The notes below the pieces were generated by a model. That model was not told the origin of the DNA, did no database searches, and saw only the letters and a list, made by a program, of their open reading frames with translations. Both the position numbers and the translations under genes were made by a program. This document shows positions 1 to 8,528 of a stretch of DNA of 43,493 nucleotides, piece after piece. The DNA is from Myxococcota bacterium (GTDB lineage: Bacteria > Myxococcota_A > UBA9042), in the NCBI GenBank assembly GCA_049317445.1, contig JBMOIG010000023.1, forward strand, positions 1 to 43,493. Reading direction: 5' to 3'. Positions within the stretch are counted from its first letter, which is position 1, and every line of letters begins with the position of its first letter.

Positions 1-104
1 TAGGGGCCGTGCGGCCGCGGGTCAACAGAAAATTATCGCCTGTGGTGAGGGTCGGGAATCGTTTCTTTTCGATTTTCCGCGTCACCGGAAATGGTGAACG
101 GTGA

Positions 105-250
105 ATACCTGCCGCCCTCCCGTGCTCCCTCGCCTTCTACGAGGCCGTCGGCGGTCTGGCGCACCCCAACGTGACGCAGGATCACGGCTTCATGTACGGA
201 CGCAGCTACGCCGATCCCGACGGCCACATTTGGGAGGTCATGTGGATGGC
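105..250 (+). pseudogene. 3' remnant of a VOC/glyoxalase-family gene, apparently disrupted (in-frame TGA at 102-104; reading frame runs on into antisense of the crp-like gene)
   Basis: Same-frame translation reads ...AFYEAVGGLAHPNVTQDHGFMYGRSYADPDGHIWEVMWM, which resembles the conserved C-terminal DPDGH-WE segment of VOC (glyoxalase/bleomycin-resistance) family proteins. The module is too short to be complete and has a stop just upstream. Beyond WEVMWM the ORF is Arg-rich junk overlapping the opposite-strand regulator gene. Confidence 0.3.
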
Positions 251-290
251 CGGTCGCCGCCGCCGACGCGGTGTCCTGACCCCCAACCCG

Positions 291-1034
291 CTACACCTGC
301 ACCTCGATCAAATCCAGCAGTGCGTCCAGATCGGGCACCACGACCTGCCGGCCTGTGAAGTGCGCGACGTTCTGCGCCTCAAGGCTGCGGACGGCGCGGG
401 CAATCGTCTCTGGGCGCGTGCCGACCATCGCGGCCATGTCCTGACGTGACAACGGCAATTCGATCACCAGCGTGCCGTCGGCGCCCACCGTACCGAAACG
501 CTCTTTCAGCACCAACAGCAGGTGCGCCACCCGCGCGCGCACGGACAGCGACATCGAGTGGAGCTTGGCTTCCTCTGCGTCCTCCAGGTCCTCGGCCATG
601 CGCTTCAAGAAAGCCATGCCGACCATGGGGTTGTGGTCGAGCAGGTGTCGCACCGCACTCCTGTCGATGAAGCAGACCCGCGTCGGTGTCAGGGCGTCGG
701 CGCTCGCGTGGTACGGTTGGCCGGCAAAGTAGGCCCGGTAGCCCAAGGTCTCGCCGCTGCAGGCCATTCGCACGATCGCGGAGTTGCCGTGCGGATCCGT
801 CATGCGCACGGCCACGGCGCCCGACTCGATGCAGTACAGGCCCAAGCACGGATTGCCTTGGTAAAAGATGACTTGGCCCGGTTGATAGGTGTTCGACACC
901 TTGACCTGGTTGAGCAGGTCAAGGCCCTCCTTGTCCAGCGAGGACCACTCAGTCTCGCCGCAGCTTCGGCAAGTCAAGCAGCTCGTCGCGCGGGGTGGCC
1001 CGGTGCGCTCATCCATGGGCATCTCCAAGGGCAA
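291..1034 (-). CDS. Crp/Fnr family transcriptional regulator (cNMP-binding domain plus C-terminal HTH)
   Basis: 247 aa. The N-terminal cyclic-nucleotide-binding beta-roll pattern (QGNPCLGLYCIESGAVAV...DPHGNSAIVRM...GETLGY) and a C-terminal HTH (SRQDMAAMVGTRPETIARAVRSLEAQNV) are typical of Crp/Fnr. ATG is at 1034. Confidence 0.85.
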   Translation of the reverse strand: MPLEMPMDERTGPPRATSCLTCRSCGETEWSSLDKEGLDLLNQVKVSNTYQPGQVIFYQGNPCLGLYCIESGAVAVRMTDPHGNSAIVRMACSGETLGYRAYFAGQPYHASADALTPTRVCFIDRSAVRHLLDHNPMVGMAFLKRMAEDLEDAEEAKLHSMSLSVRARVAHLLLVLKERFGTVGADGTLVIELPLSRQDMAAMVGTRPETIARAVRSLEAQNVAHFTGRQVVVPDLDALLDLIEVQV

Positions 1035-1206
1035 TCCGCCCCGTCGGCAACCGCCGCTACTCTACGCAACCCGGATCACGGCGACAACGCACGTTTGGAA
1101 GCCGGTGGGAGGCGGCAGGGGAATCGTCGACGGTGTTGCGCCTGCCGTCCGCCCAAGGCACGATCCGACCCTGCCCGCGACTCGACCCGAGGGCAAGAGG
1201 ATTCGC

Positions 1207-1660
1207 GATGTTCCAGTGCCGCTGCGAGATCGACGTCGCCGCGCCGCCCGAGGTCGTGTTCGGTGTGCTGTGGGATGCGGAACACTATCCCGACTTCATG
1301 ACCGACGTCATCGACGTCGAGGTGCACGCCGACAGCGAACCCTGGACGCAGGAGCTGACCCAGTTCGTCACCTTCATCCGCACCCGCCACTACCGCGTCC
1401 GGATGCACGCGACGCCCCACAGTCGCATCGCCTGGAAGCTGGTGGAGGGGGAGAACCTGGCCGTCAACGATGGCGCTTGGGACCTCTCGCCGCTGGATTC
1501 GGGCACCCGCTGCCATTTGACGTACCAGCTGCAGCTGGACGTAACGGTGCCGATCCCGGATGTGATCCTCAGGCGGCTGGCGGAGTTCAACCTGCCGACG
1601 ATGCTGCGTCAGGTCCAGGCGCGGGCCGAGACCCAGGCGCGTCGACCGTCGCCCACGTGA
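1207..1660 (+). CDS. SRPBCC family protein (polyketide cyclase/dehydrase-like, Bet v1 fold)
   Basis: ATG at 1207 preceded by AAGAGGA. The N-terminus MFQCRCEIDVAAPPEVVFGVLWDAEHYPDFM is the typical start of SRPBCC/cyclase-dehydrase proteins. ~150 aa. Divergent from the Crp-like gene. Confidence 0.7.
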
Positions 1661-2073
1661 GGCTTCCGATGGCCAAGGACGGCGGTCGACCACCCCGAGA
1701 AGCGTTCCCTACCGCCCCCGCGCGTCGTGGCCCGTCCTGGATCGACGAGCGTGCCGATGAGCGCGGGGATCTCCGCGTGATGCAAGGGGTCTCTGCCCTG
1801 CGTGCCGACCGTGTGTACGACGAGGCGCTGGTGTGCGGCGAGTGCGCCGCGGCGCGGGTTGCGGAGGGGAGAGACGACGCGCTGTGCGACGCCCACATGG
1901 CAGAAGCCCTTGGCATGCAAGGCGGTTGGCTGTCGGGTCCGCCGGGCCGAAAGCTGCGCTGAACGCTCTGGCGCAGCGGGCGATTGCCGCAGCGTTCGCG
2001 CTTGCCTATGCTCTGGCACCGGTCACGGACCCAAACCCGCTGCCAAAGTCGGCCGCGACGGAGGGCGATCCCG

Positions 2074-2631
2074 ATGCACCTGCTGTTCCTGATCACGGCC
2101 GCTGTGGGCTGCACACTGCTCGCCATTCAGATCCTGTTGCAGATTCTGGGCTTGGACCACGATTTTGCGGGCGACCTGCACGTCGACGCGCACGCCGGCG
2201 ACGTCGGTCACGACTCCAGCCTCTTCTTCGGTTTGCTGTCGCTGAAGAGCCTGACTGCGTTTCTGGCCTTCTTTGGGCTGGCCGGACTGGCGGCCGACGA
2301 GTTGGGCGTCCAGGGTGGGGCGATGAAGCTGGTGATCGCGACGCTGGCCGGCGTGGCGGCGATGGGCATCGTGGTGCTGATGATGCGAGGCATGGTGGCC
2401 TTGCAGTCGTCGGGGACGCTGCGGATCGAGAAGGCCGTGGGGCAGACCGCGCGCGTCTACTTGCGCATCCCGGGCCAGAACGCCGGCACCGGCAAGATCA
2501 CCGTCCAGGTCGACCAGCGCGAAGTCGAGTTGCAGGCGATGACCCCCGGTCCTACCATCCCGACCGGTGCCATGGTCGAAGTGGTTCGGCAAATCGACGT
2601 GCAGACATTCGAGGTCACGCGCGTTCGATAA
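2074..2631 (+). CDS. NfeD-like membrane protein (YqiJ-like), partner of flotillin
   Basis: ATG at 2074 with GGAGGG 8 nt upstream. There are N-terminal TM helices and a C-terminal OB-fold-like beta segment (GTGKITVQVDQREVELQAMTPG...MVEVVRQIDVQTFEVTRV). It lies 36 nt upstream of a flotillin gene, the conserved NfeD-SPFH arrangement. Confidence 0.7.
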   Translation: MHLLFLITAAVGCTLLAIQILLQILGLDHDFAGDLHVDAHAGDVGHDSSLFFGLLSLKSLTAFLAFFGLAGLAADELGVQGGAMKLVIATLAGVAAMGIVVLMMRGMVALQSSGTLRIEKAVGQTARVYLRIPGQNAGTGKITVQVDQREVELQAMTPGPTIPTGAMVEVVRQIDVQTFEVTRVR

Positions 2632-2667
2632 CCTATTGCGGCGCAAGTACTTTTCTGGAGCGTTCAG

Positions 2668-4215
2668 ATGAGCATTCTTGTCCTGATCGTCGTCTTCGCG
2701 ACCCTGCTGCTGTTCAGCTTCCTGTTGCTGCTGATGACGCGGTACCGCCGCTGCCCTTCGAACCAGATTCTGGTGGTGTACGGCAAGGTGGGCGGCGGCC
2801 AGTCGGCCCGGTGCCTGCACGGTGGCGGCGCGTTCATCTGGCCGTTGATTCAGAATTACGCATACTTGGCGCTAGACCCGCTGCAGATCGAGATCCCCCT
2901 GTCGGGTGCACTCTCTGCCGAGAACATCCGCGTCAACGTCCCGTCCGTGTTCACCGTCGCCATCGGCACGGAGAACGAGCTGATGAACGCCGCGGCCGTC
3001 CGTCTGCTGGGGCTGACCCGCCAGCAGATCATCGACCAGGCGCGCGACATCATCTTTGGCCAGCTGCGTCAGGTGATTGCGGGGCTGAAGATCGAGAACA
3101 TCAACCGCGACCGAGACACGTTCCGCGAGTCGATCAAGGAGGGTCTGGAGCCCGAGCTGCGCAAGATCGGCTTGGTGCTGATCAACGTGAACATCACGGA
3201 CATCACGGATGAATCCGGGTACATCGAGGCGATTGGCCGCAAGGCTGCGTCCGAGGCCATCCAGCAGGCCGTAATCGACGTCGCTGAGCAGCAGAAGCGC
3301 GGCGCGATCGGCGTGGCCAACGCTGAGCGAGAGCGCGCGGTTTCGGTGGCAGACGCTGAGCGCGACCGGCAGATCGGCGTGACCAAGGCCCAGCAGGAGC
3401 AGGCGATCGAGGTCGCCAATCTGGAGCGCGACCGCGTCATCGGTGAGCAGCGGGCGTCCTTGGAGCGGGAATCGTCGGTCAAGGAAGCCGAGCAGCAGAA
3501 GCGCGTGCGCGTGGCCGATGCCGACGCACAGGCGGTCGAGGGCGAGAACAAGGCCCAGGGCCGGATCGCCGCCGTCAACGCCGACCTGCAGGTGCGGCAG
3601 GCCGAGGCGATGCAGCGCGCAGAGACCCGCCGACGTGAGGCGGAAGCGGCCGTTCTGCAAGCGCAATACATCGCGCAGACCGCGGCCGCCACTGAGCTGG
3701 CCAAGAAGATCGAGGCTGAGAAGCGCGCTGAGGTCGAGGCTGTCGCGAAGGCCGAAAAGGCCAAGATCGTGGTCGACGCCGAAGCCGATGCAGAGCGCGT
3801 CAAGATCGCCGCTCTGGCGCAGGCCGCCGCCATCTTCGCCAAGCTGGATGCCGAGGCCCGCGGCAACTACGAGACGCTGCGCCGCAAGGGCGAGGGTCTG
3901 CGCGAGATCATCCAAGCGACTGGCGGTTCCAGTCAGGCCTTCCAGCTGCTGATGCTCGAGCACATGGACCACCTGGCCGACAAGGCATCGGAAGCCATCC
4001 AGAACATCAAGTTCGACAAGGTGGTGGTCTGGGACAGCGACAAGGGCGACGGCAAATCCGCGACCGCCAACTTCCTGAAGTCGATGGCGTCTACGCTGCC
4101 CCCGGTGCTGACGATGATGCGCGACATCGGCGGCGTCGAGATGCCCGAGTATCTGGGCAAGCTCTCGGATCCCAAGGAAGAAAAGAAGGACGCCGAAGAG
4201 AAGCCGACCGTCTAG
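2668..4215 (+). CDS. Flotillin family protein (SPFH/band-7 domain plus long Ala/Glu-rich coiled coil; YqiK/FloT-like)
   Basis: 515 aa. An N-terminal TM anchor and SPFH domain (ILVVYGKVGGG...IRVNVPSVFTVAIGTE) are followed by an extended EA-rich coiled coil and a conserved C-terminal tail. GGAG RBS before ATG 2668. Confidence 0.85.
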   Translation: MSILVLIVVFATLLLFSFLLLLMTRYRRCPSNQILVVYGKVGGGQSARCLHGGGAFIWPLIQNYAYLALDPLQIEIPLSGALSAENIRVNVPSVFTVAIGTENELMNAAAVRLLGLTRQQIIDQARDIIFGQLRQVIAGLKIENINRDRDTFRESIKEGLEPELRKIGLVLINVNITDITDESGYIEAIGRKAASEAIQQAVIDVAEQQKRGAIGVANAERERAVSVADAERDRQIGVTKAQQEQAIEVANLERDRVIGEQRASLERESSVKEAEQQKRVRVADADAQAVEGENKAQGRIAAVNADLQVRQAEAMQRAETRRREAEAAVLQAQYIAQTAAATELAKKIEAEKRAEVEAVAKAEKAKIVVDAEADAERVKIAALAQAAAIFAKLDAEARGNYETLRRKGEGLREIIQATGGSSQAFQLLMLEHMDHLADKASEAIQNIKFDKVVVWDSDKGDGKSATANFLKSMASTLPPVLTMMRDIGGVEMPEYLGKLSDPKEEKKDAEEKPTV

Positions 4216-4218
4216 GTC

Positions 4219-4956
4219 CTACAGCGGCTGCTCCGGGTCTGCCTCAGGCGTTTCAGGTACTTCGGACAGAAGCTGGGCCTCAGGCTTGTCGGCGTCGGGT
4301 GCTTCCGGAATGGCGTTGGTAATGCGCGCGCCCTGCAGGGCCCGGTTGCCGTTGATCGCCGCAATGTGCACGTCCATCGTGTGGCCGCTTGCGTCGACCT
4401 TCATCGAGACGAAGTCGTCCACGCTCCAGTCCAGGCGCGCGACGTAGGTGCGCTGCGGCGTGACGATGCGCATCCGGCTGGCGCTACGACTGCCGTCTTC
4501 CTGTGTACAGATGGCCACTTGGGTGCGGACGCCGTCCCAGTCCGCGCCCGTGCTTGACCGCCAGTACACCCGCTGGTCGCCTGCAATGCCGCGCACCACG
4601 GGGCCGATCCGGTCGTCCGTGGCTGCGCCGTGGACCTCCAGACCAAGCGGCTCGATGCGTTCGATTTCGCCGCAGTCCAGCGAGAGGTAGCCATCCCACT
4701 GCAGCGGGCTGGTTTGGCCGCGGTCGGCACCGTCTGAGGCTGGAAAGCCCCACCGCACCGTGACCGTGACGCGCCGAGCATCGGCCAAGGCAGCACCGAC
4801 CGGCCGAATGGGAACCTCGACCTTGGCAGCAACGGGGGGCGGCTTCGGGGTTTCGCGCCCCAGGTCACCGGCGAACCAGATCGCAGCCCAGCCCACCAGC
4901 GCGGCCACCACGAGCCACGCCCCTGCCGGCTTGAGCATGCGGATCACTATCGCCAT
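4219..4956 (-). CDS. hypothetical membrane-anchored protein
   Basis: Start MAIVIRMLKPAGAWLVVAALVGWAAIWFAG has a TM/signal anchor. The rest of the frame upstream is antisense to the MepA-like gene, so I take the start as ATG 4956. Convergent with the flotillin gene. No recognisable domain. Confidence 0.5.
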   Translation of the reverse strand: MAIVIRMLKPAGAWLVVAALVGWAAIWFAGDLGRETPKPPPVAAKVEVPIRPVGAALADARRVTVTVRWGFPASDGADRGQTSPLQWDGYLSLDCGEIERIEPLGLEVHGAATDDRIGPVVRGIAGDQRVYWRSSTGADWDGVRTQVAICTQEDGSRSASRMRIVTPQRTYVARLDWSVDDFVSMKVDASGHTMDVHIAAINGNRALQGARITNAIPEAPDADKPEAQLLSEVPETPEADPEQPL

Positions 4957-5161
4957 GCATCCTCCCCTGAATTGTTCGATGCCTCCACCCTTCACCCTAG
5001 GGATCCAAGGCCGGGCGCGCAAGTCGCCTTTGCTGTCTCGGAGGCTACCCTGATCACAAAACCTCAAGAGCTTCGCTTTGTTCCCATCAAGATCAACCCG
5101 TTTCTTGCCAACCCGGACCTCCACAGGCATGTTCCGGGGCTGCGGGAGGGCTGGCTTGTAC

Positions 5162-6901
5162 ATGATCCGGCACAGGCTCCAGAGGGCAGGCAGTGGCGGT
5201 CGATGGACCGCGGCGCTGCTGACTACCTTGGCGATCTTGGCCCCCGGCCCTGTGGTGGCCCTGAGCCTTCCGCCTGACCCCCCAGAGAGTGCTGAAGCTG
5301 CCGCAGACGAGCCCCCAGGGCTACAGGTCGACGAGGTTGTTGAGCCTTCGCTCTCGACCGGCGATACCTCTCGCGGTGAGCTGCGCGGCGGTGTCGAAGT
5401 GCCCACGGCGGCGCCAGGACTCCAGCGGCTGTCCGTGGTTGCGCGGCGTGGCACGGGTTGGGGAACTCGCGATCTGGTCTCGCTGATTGTGCGCGTGGCC
5501 GACGAGCTGGCGCGGCTGCCCGACCACCAGACCGTGCCGCTGCGCGTCGGCAACCTGTCTCGCCGTCAGGGTGGCGACTTGCGCTGGAGCCACTCGCACG
5601 CCTCAGGGCGCGACGCAGACTTCGCGTTCTACCTGCTCAATGCCGATGGCGAGCCGACGATGCCCGATGGCTATGTCGCTCTGGACGGATTGGGGCAGGG
5701 CAGGGTTCGCCACAAGCCGGTGAGCTTCGACATCTCCCGCAACTGGAACGCCGTGCGGGCGCTGTTGGTCGACTCGCAAGTCCAGGTGCAGCATCTGTTT
5801 ATCGCCGTGCCGCTGCGGCAGCTTCTGCTCAGCCACGCGCGCGCTCAGGGCGAGCCGGAGTGGCTGGTGGAGCGTGCGTCTCTGGTGCTCAGCGAGCCGG
5901 CGTACTCTGGACGCCACGACGACCACCTGCACATCCGCCTGTACTGCAACCGCGACGACCGGTTGGCGGGCTGCATCGACGAGGGCCCTCGCTGGTCGTG
6001 GGTGACGACGTTCGAGCCCGAGCTCAAGCGGCACGTCAGCGATTTGATGGCGGAATTGGGAGAGCCCGATCTGCACCGCCGCGTCGAAGCCGTTCGTCGT
6101 CTGGCCGTCTTTCAGCGCGACCCGCGGGTGGTCGATGCGCTGGTCTGGGCCGCATCGAGTGGCGTGCCGGAGCTGCGCTGGACCGCTTTGGACGGGCTCG
6201 CCCGCTTTCGCCGTGCTGAGGCGTTTGCGCCCCTGATGGCGGCGGCGAGGCGTGAGCCTGATGGTGCAGTCACCCAAGAGTTGTTGGCGGCGGCGATTCG
6301 TCTGGCGCGGCCGGCGAACGCAGGTGACCTCTACGCGCTGCTGCAGGAAGACGCCGGCGGGCTTTCAGGGCGACTGGACGTCCAGCAGCGGTCGGTCCTG
6401 CGGCAAGTGGTCGTACGCGCCGTGCGGCCGTGGCTGATCGAGTCGGCGGTGGCTCCGGTTCTGCTGGTGTTGAGCGACCCCGACGTGACGACGCGGCGGG
6501 CCGCGCTGCGGACCCTCGAGCACCTGGCGAACCGACGGTTTGCCAGCACATCCGACGTGTTGACGTGGCGTTGGCAGGCCGAGGGGCAGGACCGTGAAGA
6601 CTGGCTCGCCGAGGGCTTTGTCGCGCGCGGCTTGCCGCAGGGCCTGTCGTCGCCCGAGCTGATCGCCCTGGTCGGCAACCGCGACCCGACGCTCGCTGCC
6701 AACGCGGAGGCCTTGCTTCGCACGCGTTTGGGGGGGCCGGGAGAGATGGACCTCACGCCCGTGCGCCGCGTGCGCGCGTGGAAGCGCTGGTGGGACCTGA
6801 ATCAGCACCGCTTTGGCATCGCGGACATCGACCACGCCGCGATCACCGCGCAGCTCGATGCCGCAGGCGCGTCCCTACGGACCCCAGCAGCGCAGGAGTA
6901 G
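5162..6901 (+). CDS. Penicillin-insensitive murein endopeptidase (MepA-like, peptidase M74) fused to a C-terminal HEAT-repeat domain
   Basis: Signal peptide (MIRHRLQRAGSGGRWTAALLTTLAILAPGPVVALS). Motifs WSHSHASGRDADF and GRHDDHLHIRLYC match the MepA Zn-binding H-x-H...D and HxxHxHVRL signatures. The ~300-aa C-terminus has PBS-lyase/HEAT-like repeats (RVEAVRRLAVFQRDPRVVDALVWAAS..., TRRAALRTLEHLANRR). The start is uncertain; ATG 5129 is an alternative. Confidence 0.7.
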   Translation: MIRHRLQRAGSGGRWTAALLTTLAILAPGPVVALSLPPDPPESAEAAADEPPGLQVDEVVEPSLSTGDTSRGELRGGVEVPTAAPGLQRLSVVARRGTGWGTRDLVSLIVRVADELARLPDHQTVPLRVGNLSRRQGGDLRWSHSHASGRDADFAFYLLNADGEPTMPDGYVALDGLGQGRVRHKPVSFDISRNWNAVRALLVDSQVQVQHLFIAVPLRQLLLSHARAQGEPEWLVERASLVLSEPAYSGRHDDHLHIRLYCNRDDRLAGCIDEGPRWSWVTTFEPELKRHVSDLMAELGEPDLHRRVEAVRRLAVFQRDPRVVDALVWAASSGVPELRWTALDGLARFRRAEAFAPLMAAARREPDGAVTQELLAAAIRLARPANAGDLYALLQEDAGGLSGRLDVQQRSVLRQVVVRAVRPWLIESAVAPVLLVLSDPDVTTRRAALRTLEHLANRRFASTSDVLTWRWQAEGQDREDWLAEGFVARGLPQGLSSPELIALVGNRDPTLAANAEALLRTRLGGPGEMDLTPVRRVRAWKRWWDLNQHRFGIADIDHAAITAQLDAAGASLRTPAAQE

Positions 6902-6963
6902 CGTCGGCGACCTGATCCGGCACCGGTTCTCCGCGGAGTTGACGTATAATCACTAGATGAACA

Positions 6964-7752
6964 TCAACCGGCGATACGGGTGTTGACCAGATACGTGATC
7001 AAGTAATCGAACACGAAGATCCCGATCGCGCTGGTGACCACGCTGCCGTTGACCGCACGTCCCACACCGGTCGCGCCCCCTTCCACCGACAAGCCGTAGT
7101 AGCAGGACACGACGCTGATCGAGCCGCCGAAGCACGCGGCTTTGGCCAGTCCGGTGTAGTACTCGCCCAACAGCTGACTCTCGAAGACGCCGCGAAAGAA
7201 GACACGGTAGTCGACGTCGAGCAGCAGCTCGCTGGTCAGCGCGCCTCCGATCAGCGCGAAAAGGTCGCCCAGCGCCGTCAGCAGCACCAGCATCACCACC
7301 ATCGCCAGAAAGCGAGGCACGACCAAGTGGTGCATCGGATCGATGGCGAGCGCCCGCAAAGCGTCGATTTGCTCGGTGACCTTCATGGTGCCGAGCTCAG
7401 CCGTGTTGTTGGCGCCCACTCGACCCGAGAACATCAGGCCAATCAGCACGGGGCCGATCTCCGCCAGCACCGCATAGCCTGCACCCCAGCCCAGCAGCCC
7501 CGTCGCGCCCGTCTGCCGCACATACGCCCCCGTCTGGATCACCATGATGGCGCCGGTGAACAGTGCGGTCAGGATGACGATGGGATAGCTCTTGACGCCG
7601 ACCTTGTAGAAATTCAGCCAGGTTTCGGGCCCGTCGAACCGCGGCGGCACCATCGCCCGCAGGATGCGCCAGAGCGTCAGCAGAACGCCGCCCAGAATCT
7701 CGGACGCCTGCAGGAAGTTGCTGCCCAACAGGGCGAGGCCGCGACGGATCAT
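6964..7752 (-). CDS. mlaE: MlaE-family ABC transporter permease
   Basis: 263 aa with a typical MlaE/Ttg2B core (EQIDALRALAIDPMHHLVVPRFLAMVV...). The ATG at 7752 overlaps the upstream ATPase stop (ATGA). The rest of the long ORF above 7752 is antisense to the ATPase gene. Confidence 0.85.
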   Translation of the reverse strand: MIRRGLALLGSNFLQASEILGGVLLTLWRILRAMVPPRFDGPETWLNFYKVGVKSYPIVILTALFTGAIMVIQTGAYVRQTGATGLLGWGAGYAVLAEIGPVLIGLMFSGRVGANNTAELGTMKVTEQIDALRALAIDPMHHLVVPRFLAMVVMLVLLTALGDLFALIGGALTSELLLDVDYRVFFRGVFESQLLGEYYTGLAKAACFGGSISVVSCYYGLSVEGGATGVGRAVNGSVVTSAIGIFVFDYLITYLVNTRIAG

Positions 7753-8528
7753 GCCGGGCCTCCGTCGTGAGTGAACGAGAGATCGACGCCGACATCGCGC
7801 TGGAAGAACTCGTGGACAATCGGGTCGCTGCTGAGCAGGGCGTCGTCCGCGGTTCCCGAGAAGCGAACCTGGCAGTCGTACAGCAGCACGTAGCGGTCGC
7901 ACACCGCACGCATCCGATCGACGTCGTGGCTGACGATGATCGACGACGACCCCTGCGCGATCTGCAAGTCTCGAATCAGGTTGAAGATCTTCGACGAGGT
8001 CACGGGGTCCAGACCGGCCGTGGGGTCGTCGTAGAACACAAGCTCGGCGTTCGCGATGGTCGCCCGCGCCAGTCCGACGCGTTTGCGCATGCCGCCCGAC
8101 AGCTCGTTCGGCATCAGCCCGGCGACCAGGGGCAGACCGACCTCGTTGAGGCGCTGCTGCACCCTGTTGGCGATCTCGGGCGCCGTCACCGCCCCGTCCT
8201 GCGCCAGCGGAAAGGCGATGTTCTCGCCCACGGTCATGAAGTCGAACAGCGCGTAATTCTGGAAGGAAAGTCCGATTCGGGTGCGCAGCTTCTGCCGGTC
8301 CTTCTCGGCCAACTGCCGCAAGTTCTGGCCCAGGACCTCGATCTCGCCACGGTCTGGCGCCAGCAGTCCGCAGCACAGCTTGACGAAGACGGACTTGCCG
8401 CAGCCGCCGGGTCCGATCAGCCCGACAATCTCTCCAGCGCGCAGCTCGAAGTCGATACCGTCCAGCACGCAGACGCCTTCGAAGCGCTTGCCCAGACCCT
8501 TGACGCGCAGCACGACCTCCTGGCTCAT
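7749..8528 (-). CDS. mlaF: MlaF-like ABC transporter ATP-binding protein
   Basis: Walker A GPGGCGKS, signature LSGGMRKRVGLARA, Walker B LVFYDDPTAGLD and an H-loop SHD. 259 aa. Overlaps the upstream lipoprotein gene by 4 nt. Confidence 0.9.
   Translation of the reverse strand: MSQEVVLRVKGLGKRFEGVCVLDGIDFELRAGEIVGLIGPGGCGKSVFVKLCCGLLAPDRGEIEVLGQNLRQLAEKDRQKLRTRIGLSFQNYALFDFMTVGENIAFPLAQDGAVTAPEIANRVQQRLNEVGLPLVAGLMPNELSGGMRKRVGLARATIANAELVFYDDPTAGLDPVTSSKIFNLIRDLQIAQGSSSIIVSHDVDRMRAVCDRYVLLYDCQVRFSGTADDALLSSDPIVHEFFQRDVGVDLSFTHDGGPA

Noticed and set aside
1035-1206. Looked for a Crp-type TGTGA-N6-TCACA palindrome in the crp-like/SRPBCC divergent promoter
   Set aside because: No convincing palindrome found by inspection.
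1833-3212. 459-aa + ORF and minus ORFs 2023..2820, 2872..3972, 3069..3866
   Set aside because: Overlap the NfeD and flotillin genes in other frames. Compositionally junk, whereas the annotated frames give clean SPFH/NfeD proteins.
4219-5553. Full-length 444-aa minus ORF
   Set aside because: Only the distal 246 codons (from ATG 4956) are protein-like. The 5' part is antisense to the MepA-like gene.
6902-6963. AT-rich stretch with ttgacgtataat promoter-like hexamers
   Set aside because: Lies between two convergent gene ends (MepA-like stop and mlaE stop). The -35/-10-like hexamers are adjacent rather than 17 bp apart, so likely fortuitous.
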